Position numbers and translations under genes: made by a program | Notes under the pieces: generated by a model | The model's database searches: none | The model's input: the letters and a program-made list of their open reading frames with translations, nothing else | What the model was told of the DNA's origin: nothing | Shown here: positions 22,439 to 33,200 of the stretch, one piece after another | Layout: every line of letters begins with the position of its first letter | Position numbering within the stretch: position 1 is the first letter of the stretch | Origin: Trichodelitschia bisporula | Taxonomy: Eukaryota | Length of the DNA stretch: 64,000 nt | Assembly (NCBI GenBank): GCA_010356995.1 | Contig: ML996705.1 | Location: 248,001 to 312,000, forward strand | Reading direction: 5' to 3'

Positions 22439-25212
22439 TGGGGAAGCAGTGGTGTGGGACGGGGCATATGGCGTTGTATTTCGGGATTCACGGATGAACA
22501 CACGGCTGGCTTTCGAGGGTTCTTGTACCATACTCTTTTCTTTTCGGGTGGGGGTTCGGCCTCCTGGATCGGTCGACGGCGAGGATACGGCGTACAACGG
22601 CGGTTTCTGCGCGGGATGGAGTATTGATAGAGTTTTCGAATTCGGAGGCGATGTTTTGAGATATTATCCCTTTCTGTCATTGTGAAGCATTAAGCCAAGC
22701 TCGGCATGGGTTCATGGGAGCAAGGCTCTAACACAGGCAATGGCAAGTGTGTAAACTGAAGATTGAAGTAGAAGGCAGAGAGGGAAGAGAGGAAGAGACT
22801 CTGAAGTCTCGGTACTCTAGACCCAAGCTATCGAAGAAGCGAGAGATCTGTAGGGGTTTGCTGATGCGGATTGTCCCAGTGGTATTAATGCTCTTGTGTT
22901 CTGAGCTGGACGAGTACGTATCTAGGTTTAACTGTCTAACTTAGAAGTTGAGAGCATCAATACTACTGAGCCGATCCGAGTTAGTAGACCCCTGCAAATC
23001 TCCCGTTTCTTCCATGACTTGGGAATAAAGCACCGAGATTCAAGAGCTTCATACCTCCGAGACAAGCTCATCATCCACTCCCTCGACTACAAGTACCAGT
23101 AGCCCGGTACAAGACCTCAAATCCTTCTCCATCAAGCTTCCAGGACCGCGCCGTCCCACACCAGTGATGCTGCTGAACCCAATCGTGTGTATATCGAACG
23201 GGGGAGAAATCCCCATCGAACAACCTATATGAAATGATTAGCATATAAACACTGTGTGCGTCATGTGATGTGATATAACCAAAGCGAAGCCGCGTCAACA
23301 ATCCGCTCCCTCGGCCACCAGCACGAAGTACCAGTAGCGCAGCACAAAGCCCTCAGATCCCGTCCTCGGTAAGCTCCTAGGCCCCCGCCGTCCCAGGCCG
23401 GTGTTGCTTACCACGTAGTTTCCCATACATGTGGTGCGTGCATCCACGCGATGACATCCACGCCGAGCATCGCCCGAGCCCAAGCACGTCCCGGTGCTCG
23501 CCCAAGCAGACCCGGCGCCCTCGCCCTACGACGCCATCGGCCACGACCCACGCAACCCACCGGCCCGCTTCCGCTCCCGGTTCCACGGAGCCGAACAACG
23601 GCCGGGAGACGGCCAGACTGGTAGCCAGCGACGCTAGCAGCTAGCGCTCGCGACGATGGCGGGAAGCGGGACGCAAGGCTGGGTGACGTCGGGTAGGGAA
23701 AAACGGCACGCGAGGAAGAGACTGCGATGGGGATTGGTGGCATTGAGGAATGGAAAGACAAGAGCGTCGCGGACGGGACGGGTTGGGCAGCGGGGAAGAA
23801 TGGGATCCTCGCTCCAATGGTCGGGTTGTCATTAGTCACTTGTGCGGGCCCGTTTTCTCGCCGTGCGCTCGCTACGTAATTGCCGATCCGCGACTGGTTG
23901 TTCCGTCGGAAGGAGCGGATGTTGCTCCGGTGGGTGGGGTGGGGGGTTGATAAGAGTCAGAAAGAGCGGCAGTGTGAAGAATTTTTCACGGGATGAGGGG
24001 AGACTACGTTGCTGGCGACGATTGGGCGTCGACTGCGTCGGTTGGTGCGCGACCGTAAATGCGCATTATGTCTGAAGGGGACAGCGTTGCGTCGCCGAGG
24101 TTGCTCGGGCAGCGGTGCGTGGGCATTTCTATGCGGAGATTTTGGGACTACGGGCGATAGGGTCGTGTGAGCGTTGTTGGCAATACTGTACCCGTGACGG
24201 CGGGCGTCCGTAGTATTAGTGGTGATCCCGGTCTAGTTCTGGGACTAGAAGATGAGATTTTCGCATGCGCATCTCGTTTCCAAAGCGGAGGTCGCTCCTT
24301 GACTTCTTGGGTTGAAAGAAAATGCGACAAAAAAAAGGGTTTCGGAAGGGAACGGCGCAGGGAAAATGCGGGGGTGGAGCGAGGCGCAAGGACGCGGGAT
24401 GATGACTTGCATAGAACAGGGCAGTCGAAGAGGAGAGTGGAAGGCAAATATAAGGCGATGGGGTAAAGGCGACTGGCCTGTTGTCTGATAAAGGGACCTG
24501 TTTCCAACGAAAGAAGCACCAAGAGATCTGGGGCAATCTCACCCGCGCGGGAGGCTTCTTCCGTAGGGCTGCCATTCTCGGAGACGTGCAGCTCGGCATG
24601 GCATTTGTGGCCTGGCGGCCCTGGCAAAGTGTGGGGTTTGTGCTCGTTTTGGAGATAAGCAAACGAGCAGTGAGAGGACGGTGGAGCGCGATTATCTGCG
24701 GGGGTACGTGAGGAAGGGGAAGGGTTGGAAGTTTAATGGTGGGTGGGACAGAGGAAGGTTTGGCTATGGATGAAGCAGCAAAGCCGACGAGATTGTCGAG
24801 GTGGAATACTTCCGTACACTCCGTAGCGTTTGGCAAAGGTCAGGCGATGTACCGATACCGTTTGGCTGGACATGTCGACGATGCAGGGAACATGTTGATG
24901 TACGGGGTACCTGTCGTTGCATCTTGCTTGAGTCTCGTCGCTCGAACCCGTGACCGCTAACTTGGATCAAACTGTCGTGGCTCGCCAAGCGGCCCGTCGT
25001 CCATTTGCCGCGGAAAAGGCACAAGAGCAAAAAACACTACGTAGTCGTTGAATCCCCTTCCTCATTGGGCAACATGTTACGTACCTCTTACGTTGTTTTG
25101 GCCTAGACACTGGGCATACGTACCGTAGATTGAATCGGAAGGCACCGATGGGCGGAAAGAAAGAAGGTTCGTGGAAGAAAGGAAAGAGTTTTCTCTAGAG
25201 AAGAGCGATCGT

Positions 25213-25237
25213 CTCTCTCTCTCTCTCTCTCTCTCTC
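25213..25237. repeat. (TC)12 microsatellite
   Basis: Direct reading. Confidence 0.95.
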
Positions 25238-26120
25238 GCGAAATACAAGGTCGTGCCTCTCCGCCTTCTGGGTGACTGACGCTTGCTGCAATTCACATTA
25301 CTTATCGCATTTCGCTGTTACTGGTACCTGCCCTTGATTGCTTTGCTGACACCCTATCTCTCTCGGCCTCCCCCGTGCCTTCTTTTCCCACACAAATTCA
25401 ATCCATCACCCCCCGTATTGTCTTATCGCTTGCATCACTCTGAAGAGAGACTCACCCCCTGCCCACAGTCACACACTGTCCTCTCCGCCCACTCACCTCA
25501 ACTCTCACACGCCCCCATTCCTCCCCACGCGCCTATTATTCCTCCACCCCTTCCCGCCCAGCCATACTCCGTCACTCGTGTGCTTGTTGACGAAGCAAGT
25601 GCTACCTATCCGAACAACGAACTCTCACTTCCTCCAACAACAAACCTCTCTTAACCCGCAACACACTGAACATCCCACTCTTTTATTCGATCTCATCTCA
25701 TTTCTATCGCTCCGATATTGTTTGTGCGCTACGCCATTCCCTCACCCACACTTGTCCTCCCCACTCTCCCCAGCCAACCACACGTAACTCCGACGGCCAC
25801 TCCCGCCAACCCACCCATACTTTTGTACACAACCACCCCATCCCACGACTGACACTCCGCCCCGTCAGTCGTATCGCCAGACCGCCTGCACCTTATGCCG
25901 ACCACCTCTTGTTGGCTTGTCTCGCTCTTTGCGTTCGTCGACACCGCAAGCCTCATCCCCGACAGTCGCCTCATCGCCCTGCCAAGATCGTGTCGCCAGC
26001 CTGATTAAAGCCTTCGCCGCTGGATCCTCATCTGCATGCCACGGTAGCGCATCACCAAACCATACTCACCAAACCCAAACTTCTCAGATCCCCAACATAT
26101 GCATAGCCCTCGACTGCACG

Positions 26121-27611
26121 ATGATGGTCCCACGGTCCTTTGTCTACTCGTCGCCCCGGCAGCCCTCGCCGGATCGTCGGGACTCGCAGTCGCCGCGATC
26201 TAGGGTACGCCAGCGAGCCTCGCTACCAGCGTTGGCGAACAGAAGCCAAAACGTCCAGAAAGCAGTTGCAGCCACACCTCTGCTGGCCGCATCATCTTTC
26301 TCGACCACCGTGACGATGACAATCACACCTGGGCCGACTTCAGCACCTGCATCCGCACCGATGCCTGCACAAGCACCAGCTCACACACCGAAGCCCACGG
26401 CACCCGTCTTCATCCCGCCTCGTCACACCCAGACGCTCAACACCCGTGGCCATCACGGAGGCCGTCGACACAAGCACAAGCCAGAAGCGCTGCCACCGGC
26501 CGTCGCCGCTCTCCTCGCCGTCACCGCCATCCCTCCACCCAAGGGCCGCACCTTCCGCCAGCGGCTACTCCCCGTGCCACGCGTCAGCATCGACGAGCTC
26601 GTCCGCGAGTGGCAAACCGATTCTTCAAAGGCGTCATCAGGATCACCGCTGGATATACTGTTGGAGCCGGTCGATACCGATGGGGACAGCGTCCTGGGCG
26701 AGGAGCAAGGCGGCTTCTTGTCCTCGCGGTCCGTGTCGAGCGACAGTCTGACGTCGTCGGCGCCTAGCCTTGATGACGGTGGCCTATCGTTCGCCTCGTC
26801 CGGGCCTGTCACACCAATGTATGCCCGCAAGCCGAGCAGTATGTCAGAGAAGTCGCGGCGCGAGAGGGTAGCCTGTTCGCCAGTGGTGGAGAGCTGCGTC
26901 GACGACCATCCGCTGCAGTTACCCAGCAAGGAAAACTTTCCCATCCTACCGACTCCAAAGGCCGAGAAGTCCTTTGCCGCCGTCAAGAGCACGCCACCCA
27001 AGACGGCATCCATCTTCAAATCGAACCTCACGGCGTCGATCCAAGCCCTCAAATCAGCCGCCAAGTCCTTCTCCAACTTCACCGCCCCGTCCATCCCACC
27101 AGACGACCTGCTCACACGCTCGCTATTCTCCTCCCAGCGCTTTGCCTCAGAAATGCGTCCTCGCTTCGTCGGCGCACCGGACCCAGCCCTGCGCCGCTAT
27201 CTCAACCCCGGCATGCACGCCCACGACCTTCCCCCCGTGGTGCTGCACCCCGAGTCCGGCGTCGAGCTCCACGACACATACGAGCCGGATGACGCCAGCG
27301 CCGACACCCCGCCAAAGATGATCCAGATGAAGACATACTCGCGGAGTCGGAAGCGGCGGTCCTCGCCCGTGCCACCGGTGGAGCGCGACGTTTCGCCGTC
27401 TGGTGTGCGGGGCCGCGAGCCGCGTGAGAACAGCGACTTCCTCCGCGTCATTGTGCTCGAGATGAATATGCGCAGGACGGGGAAGCTGGATGCCAAGGCT
27501 GGTGGGCGGGCGCGTGTGTGGTTGCCGCCACGGAAGGGGGCGGCGGTTGTGCTGGGGAGGGGGCGCGACGTGCCAAGGAGGTGGAGGGCGGTTAGTGTGA
27601 ACGACTTCTAG
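26121..27611 (+). CDS. Conserved fungal hypothetical protein, S/P-rich
   Basis: Long single-exon ORF with ordered islands LPPAVAALLAVTAIPPP, FKSNLTASIQALKSAAKSFSNF and REPRENSDFLRVIVLEMNMRRTGKL. Start ATG uncertain. Confidence 0.8.
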   Translation: MMVPRSFVYSSPRQPSPDRRDSQSPRSRVRQRASLPALANRSQNVQKAVAATPLLAASSFSTTVTMTITPGPTSAPASAPMPAQAPAHTPKPTAPVFIPPRHTQTLNTRGHHGGRRHKHKPEALPPAVAALLAVTAIPPPKGRTFRQRLLPVPRVSIDELVREWQTDSSKASSGSPLDILLEPVDTDGDSVLGEEQGGFLSSRSVSSDSLTSSAPSLDDGGLSFASSGPVTPMYARKPSSMSEKSRRERVACSPVVESCVDDHPLQLPSKENFPILPTPKAEKSFAAVKSTPPKTASIFKSNLTASIQALKSAAKSFSNFTAPSIPPDDLLTRSLFSSQRFASEMRPRFVGAPDPALRRYLNPGMHAHDLPPVVLHPESGVELHDTYEPDDASADTPPKMIQMKTYSRSRKRRSSPVPPVERDVSPSGVRGREPRENSDFLRVIVLEMNMRRTGKLDAKAGGRARVWLPPRKGAAVVLGRGRDVPRRWRAVSVNDF

Positions 27612-29739
27612 AGGATGGGACAGTGTTGGAGTCCTTGGAGGGTTCCCTAGTATCGATACGACCGAGCATTTTCCTTTGTTTCGCTGGTGTTTTTTGCGTT
27701 TGCATCTCGGTTGGGTTGGTTGTTGTTTGTTCTTTGCATCGGCATATATGGATGGCGGTGAGATGGCTAGATGATATTTTCGGAAAGGAACGGCGTGCGA
27801 GCGCTGTGCGGTGTGGTCACTCATTATGAAGCTTTCCTAGGTCTGGGTCAGAGGGTGGAAGGTTCGGTTCTTGGGTTCGGGTTTTATGGCTGGGACAGGA
27901 GCATCGGCATGGGTTGCGGGGTGCATTTGGTTCGGATGGTTGGATTGGATCTTTGATGCTGGGACTGGCTGCATTCGGTGTCTTTTTTTTTCCATTTGCT
28001 GGGGATGGCTACCGTCGACGAGAGTGACGGAAGGAAGCCTAGATGTGAATCAGGCGGGACGCTGTATATAAGTGCTTACAACGCATCCTCTTCCCTTTGA
28101 TCTGCTTGCATTTGACCGAGCACGCCACGCCGCCTGGCGGTGACGATGGCCCGTGGTGGTACGGTGAAGACGTGACGATTGCGTGCTTGCTTGAGTGAAA
28201 CTTGACGAGGGGTGGGTGTTGAGGCGCATGGGCCTAGAGTATAGACAAAGCTCCATCAATGGATTGTAGATGAGGGAGAAGCGTGGAAGGGTTGAAGAGT
28301 GGAGGAACGGAGAAGAGGGATATAAACTGTTCTCTTCTTCTCCTCTGCCATGTTACAGGCTTCAACGGTGCCCCGTGAGGGCCTCGCTGTGAGGGGTAAT
28401 TCACGCAACGCACCGCCGAGGGGTTTAGTGCAGACCCGGGTGCTTGGGTGGGTGGAGACTTGGGGAGGGGTGCGCTTAGGGCGGGAAAGAGTTGAGGGCG
28501 TTCTTGAGGGTTGTGGCTCAAGAAACGACAGGTGATTGACGATTGATGAGCTGGGGATTGAGAGACGGAAGTATTGAGGCATAGAGGGGTGGGTTTGGGT
28601 GGGTTTACATCTGTTCACGGTCTCACCATCACGCCGCCGCAGAAATTTCAGCCTCGAGGTTCTGGGCTTCTAGCGGGGGAGGCGGGGGCCGGGTAAGCCG
28701 CCTCTTCTGGGGTGGCATAGCGATCGTGATTTCGGTTTAGCGCGCTACGGTAGGTCTAGTTGCGGGATGGCGTGAATGGGATTTGGCGGGCGGTGTGCTC
28801 CCATCGAATTGAGCAGACTGCGACTTCGGCTTGCTTGATATTGCAGAAGGGCACGCGCAGGGCAGCAGCGGAAAGTGCCTGAGGCTCTGTCGTCCGGCTC
28901 TGGGTTCCGGCCTTCGTGAAGCGGAAAGGCGCGATGCGTTCGCTGCCCGCTGTGGCCGCCGTTGTTGTTCCCCGTTTCTTTTTTGCTGTGGGGAAGACGC
29001 GGGCTGCGGATGAGGGGCCAATGGGTGGGGAGGGGCGCTGCGGGGTGGCTGGGATTTGCTGCGGTTGCGTGAGGGCGTTCACGGAGGACGACTTCATGTC
29101 GTCGATTTCGGGTGTCAAGATCGTGAAGCGGCTTCATCCATCATTTCTTCAAAGCAAGAGGCGATGGGATGGCTCAGGATCAGCGGTCAACTTCCTCCAA
29201 GTTCATCGCTTAAATACTTCGGCTTATTGAAGCTGTCCCCCATCGGCCGCCCAGTACCCGAGCGAGAGTGATGCCGCCATGTGGCTCCGCCGGCTACGCC
29301 GGGGCACGAGGCGATGCTGTAGACTGGCGGCGGCATGAAGACAGTGCTATCCCGGAGTCTGGAAGCGGTTACAGGCGTTAGGCGGCGGTGTCTAGCCTGC
29401 CGTGCTTCGTCAGACTCTGTCGGCGCTTTCTGAGCCGGAGTATGAGGCAATGACGACGGCCCATCGGACAAAAGTCCTGTTTGCGCAGATCAAAGGGCGT
29501 ATACACTTTTTCTATTTGACTGCTATAGCGCACATGGATTTTCTACGTAACGGCTAGAAAGTTTACACTTTCTCTATCTAAACCACCTGTGGGGCGCTCT
29601 GGATAACCGGGCGGACGACAGTCGACGTGATTGACTGCTCGGCCGCGGATGAAGTGCCCGTAGGCGCTATCGATGGAGCAGCTATCCGCGTAAAAGGTAT
29701 GGCACCCATAGGTGTGGTAGGCTGAGGATCACCTCCATT

Positions 29740-30985
29740 TTAGACCTGGTCTGTATACGGAGCCTGCGGTGATGCCATGCTTCTGAGAAGCGAGGCAGCA
29801 GGGACGCTGGAGAAGACGAAAGTCGTGGGCGCAGCCGAGGCGAACGCAACGGAAATCGTGAAAGAAGTCTGGGATGTTAGCGAAGTTGTCGTATACTCGG
29901 TATATAGGGGGACAGTACCGTGGTTGCTGAAACTGTGGAACAGTTGGGAATCATGGATAGCGTTTTGGAAACGGGGTGAAGAAGAAGAGAAATGGAGAGT
30001 AGGAGAAGCGGGACGCTGCTATGCGCAGCTCCATGGCAATCCCTGTGGACCGTTCGGCTCGCCGCTAGCTCCGCGGCTCCACTGAAAACAAAGTTCATTG
30101 TGAAGGAAGACTGAGATGTTAGCGAAGCTGCCGCATACTCGGTATATTGGAGGAGAGTACCTTCGTGATGATAGCTTTTGGCAAGCTGCTGGTCATTTGT
30201 CTTCTGTGAACTGTGTCGAAGAAGTGAAAGGGAGAGAAGCTTAGCTACCATACCGCACCATCTCTCAACCAACACTTTCGCACCACTGCGGCCGCTGTTC
30301 TTGTCTACCCCCGATAGCCATGCGTCACCGTCCATTTCATTCCAAGGTTCGCCATCTCCACATAATCTTTCCTCCCCAGTACGCCCTCCAACATCCTGCC
30401 ATCAACATCCCATTTCTCGCCACGTCCTAGCCCACTCATTAGCATGCCGTGCGCAATCTCCATGTCGCGCAGCGCCTCGAACGGATTAGCGAAGTTGTCG
30501 TATACTCGGTATATAGGAGGACACCACCATCGTGGCGGTTGCTGTGAAGTAATTGGTGATGATCTCTTTCTGTGAACTGTGTCGAGGAAGAGAAAGGGAG
30601 AGTTGGGAATTTTGACGAAGATATATAGGTTTCCGGCAATGGCTGCAATGGTGTTGTCTTGAATGGAAGCGGATACGCATCCGGGACTGTTATCGCGTTT
30701 AATATTAGGCCGTAGATGAGACCTGCGGTGATGCCATGCTTCTGAGAAGCGAGGCAGCAGGGACGCTGGCGAAGGTGAAGTTTGCAGGGGCGGCGGTGAC
30801 GTTGAAAACGAAGCTCATTGTGGATGAAGTCTGAGATGTTAGCGAAGTTGTCATATACTCGGTATGTAGGAGGACAGTACCATCATGGTGGAAACTGTGG
30901 AACAGTTGAACATCATGAGTGGCTTTCCTTCTGTGCACTTTGGCGAAGAAGAGAAAGGGAGAGTTGGAGATTTTGACGAAGATAT
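29740..30985 (-). repeat. Four diverged tandem units, each a truncated 5' end (leader, start micro-exon, 50-52-nt intron, exon 2 start) paralogous to the gene at 34931
   Basis: Shared core gttagcgaagttgtcgtatactcggtata. Introns at 29869-29918, 30111-30160, 30476-30527 and 30831-30880. A ~48-nt exact duplicate at about 29763 and 30722. Confidence 0.85.
30620..30705 (-). mobile_element. Short Ty3/gypsy reverse-transcriptase relic (second copy)
   Basis: Translates with a frameshift as LNAITVPDAYPLP-QDNTIAAIAGNLYI. Confidence 0.7.
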
Positions 30986-31205
30986 GTAGGTTTCCGGCAG
31001 TGGCTGTGATGATGTTGTCTTGAGTGGAAACGGGTACGCATCCGGAATTATCATCGCGTTATATCGACGAATGGTGCCAGTGGCTCGGCTTTTGCGAGTC
31101 GGGAGTCGGCGCTTCGTGACCGTTGACCGTGCGCCATGCGACGAAGACCGGAGATCCGAAAGGTGCAAGCCGAACATCTTTCCTGGAGGGTGCAGAGTGT
31201 CGACG
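30985..31205 (-). mobile_element. Ty3/gypsy reverse-transcriptase N-terminal relic, frameshifted
   Basis: Across frames: DTLH..GKM, PFGSPVFVAWRTVNG, RKSRA, PFVDI, NAMIIPDAYPFP, QDNIITATAG. These follow the order of the fungal gypsy RT pattern PVFVVW...VVDIRxLN...PDAYPLP. Confidence 0.75.
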
Positions 31206-31961
31206 TGCCGTTGCTACCTCTCAAGCAACATGAGCAAGACCTAGTCATGACCGAAGAACAGTCCCTTCAGCCACGGCCACTCGCTCTCAAGCTTCTTTGC
31301 CATGCCACTCTTTTTGTGTGGTGGGACCTCCGACCTATGCCCAATATTGAAGCCCGCTGCGCTGTGGTCGTTAGCCTCCGACACCCGAGACTTGGCTTTG
31401 AGGACTTGGAAGGGATGGGATTTATACCGTGGAGCCCTTAATTAGGTTTGGGGCGAAACACTAGTTCTAACTGCACTGGCCTCTCGAGGGGTTGCTGCTA
31501 GGGGAGTCTTTTCGTCCGGGGGTTTTTCGCTGGGCGGCGGGTTGCCGGAGGAAGGGGATATTCTCCACATTTCGAGGACTTTATCCACTTCTTGGTATTG
31601 GTGTTCAAGGGGTCTGAACAATGTAGAGGAAAGGCAGTGAGAAACGCAAGAAATCTGGATTTGCTAACGGGGAGGCTTGGAGTCGGACTCGGTAGGGTAC
31701 GCCTCAGCGCCCTTCGGCTCCATCCAGATAAAGCTACTAGAGCGAGCGATGAGAGAGGACAACGATGGCAGCCCATAGAGGAAGTACTTCTTTTCGACAG
31801 CGGAGGGAACATAGGGACGCTGAACTTCGTTGCTGACAACCCGTATGTCCGCCTCGCTGGAGAAGTTGATCGAACTGTAGAACATCAGTATCAGACACCT
31901 CGGGTGGATGGGCAGTCACACCTTAAGTGCTTGCTTCCCCTTCTGAGTCGCTTTCAAGGTG

Positions 31962-33200
31962 TCATTCCCGCCCTCTTTCTCCCTGCGTAATTCGGATTCG
32001 TTGGCGGTCGTCCACCGGGCGAGCGGGGTACGGTGTGCCCATCGTGTGACCACGTTCGATCAGATGGTCCCGTAATGCAAGGAGTGAGGCATTGTTTGTG
32101 GAGATAGGTGTGGTGTGGGGAGACGAATGAATCTCCGCTTCCAGCACTACATCAAACCATTTCGCAATGGTCGCCTTCTTGGTGTTCTAGCCCATGATAT
32201 CAGAAGCGAATAGGTGCTTCTTTTCATCCATGAGTGAGCAAAAATGGCAGCCGTCGGTAGTCATACCGAAGATGGTTGCATTGACTTTGCCGCTCTTTGA
32301 CCGGGCCTCAACAACCGTCGCCTGATATGCAGCAAGTTGCGGGAGGGCAGCGATCATGGCGCCGGGGCGCTTCGCCTCACTAAAATAGTTAGTCTAAACG
32401 CAGGACAAAGGTAGTATATGGCTCAGCTTACACAATGATGAGGACCGAATCTGGCACTGAGCCCGGATCGTCGTGGGAAAACACCAATCGACACGCCCTG
32501 CCACGGGCGCTTGCAAGGACTCCGAGTATATCATCATATTGATCTCATGGGCGGCACACAGTTTGTGGATGGCATCCTAATCTTTAAGCGCATCCAATCG
32601 GTCCAGCAATATTATGTCTGTCATGGTCCTGCATAAGGCTTCACCTTCCCGGGCTTCGTGAAGTATGGACTCTGCTTGAATCGAGTTATCATATTGTCTG
32701 GAGAGTCAGTGTACTGTATGGCGTGTGTTAGGAACGTCAACTAACCTGCTCCAGCAGAGAGCTCTCCATCGCCGAACTTGTTGTTATCGATTACCCATGC
32801 GTGATTCCCGGAGTGTTCGTCCTAAGTGACACCAAGTGCCCTCCTCACTTCCGCAAAAGAGCGGGAGGAGTAGGCAGGAACGGGTTGAGCGGGCGGTTCC
32901 GGATACTCTTTGACGATTGCTGACAGCATACTGTCAAGTTTGTCAACCACCTCAGCTGCTGGGTTGTCCGTTGTTGCAAGCTGATTCATAAGCGCCCGAA
33001 TCAGTTACTCTGCCGGTCTGAGATCAATGCCGTGCTTGCCTTTTACTACCCGATGTACCAGAAGCCGTTTTATCTTGGTGGCGTACCGGTCCTTGGTGTG
33101 ATCATCGGCGATAGGCTGCTCTGGGACCTTTGTGTCCCCGGATGAAGTTTCAGCCCTTTGGCCTCCTCGATTGCGCAATCGGGCTCTTCCGTGCAGGGAC
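31962..33200 (-). pseudogene. Fungal PD-(D/E)xK nuclease-like pseudogene
   Basis: Introns 32698-32745 and 32380-32431. Conceptual protein EALCRTMTDIILLDRL...GRVDW...VLIIVEAKR...LPQLAAY...FGMTTDG...SSPHTTP. TAG stops at about 32822, 32577 and 32187 plus frameshifts. Confidence 0.7.

Noticed and set aside
29740..30985. CRISPR-like repeat-spacer array
   Set aside because: Eukaryotic context, irregular 240-370 bp spacing, the repeats are diverged spliceosomal introns, and there are no cas genes.
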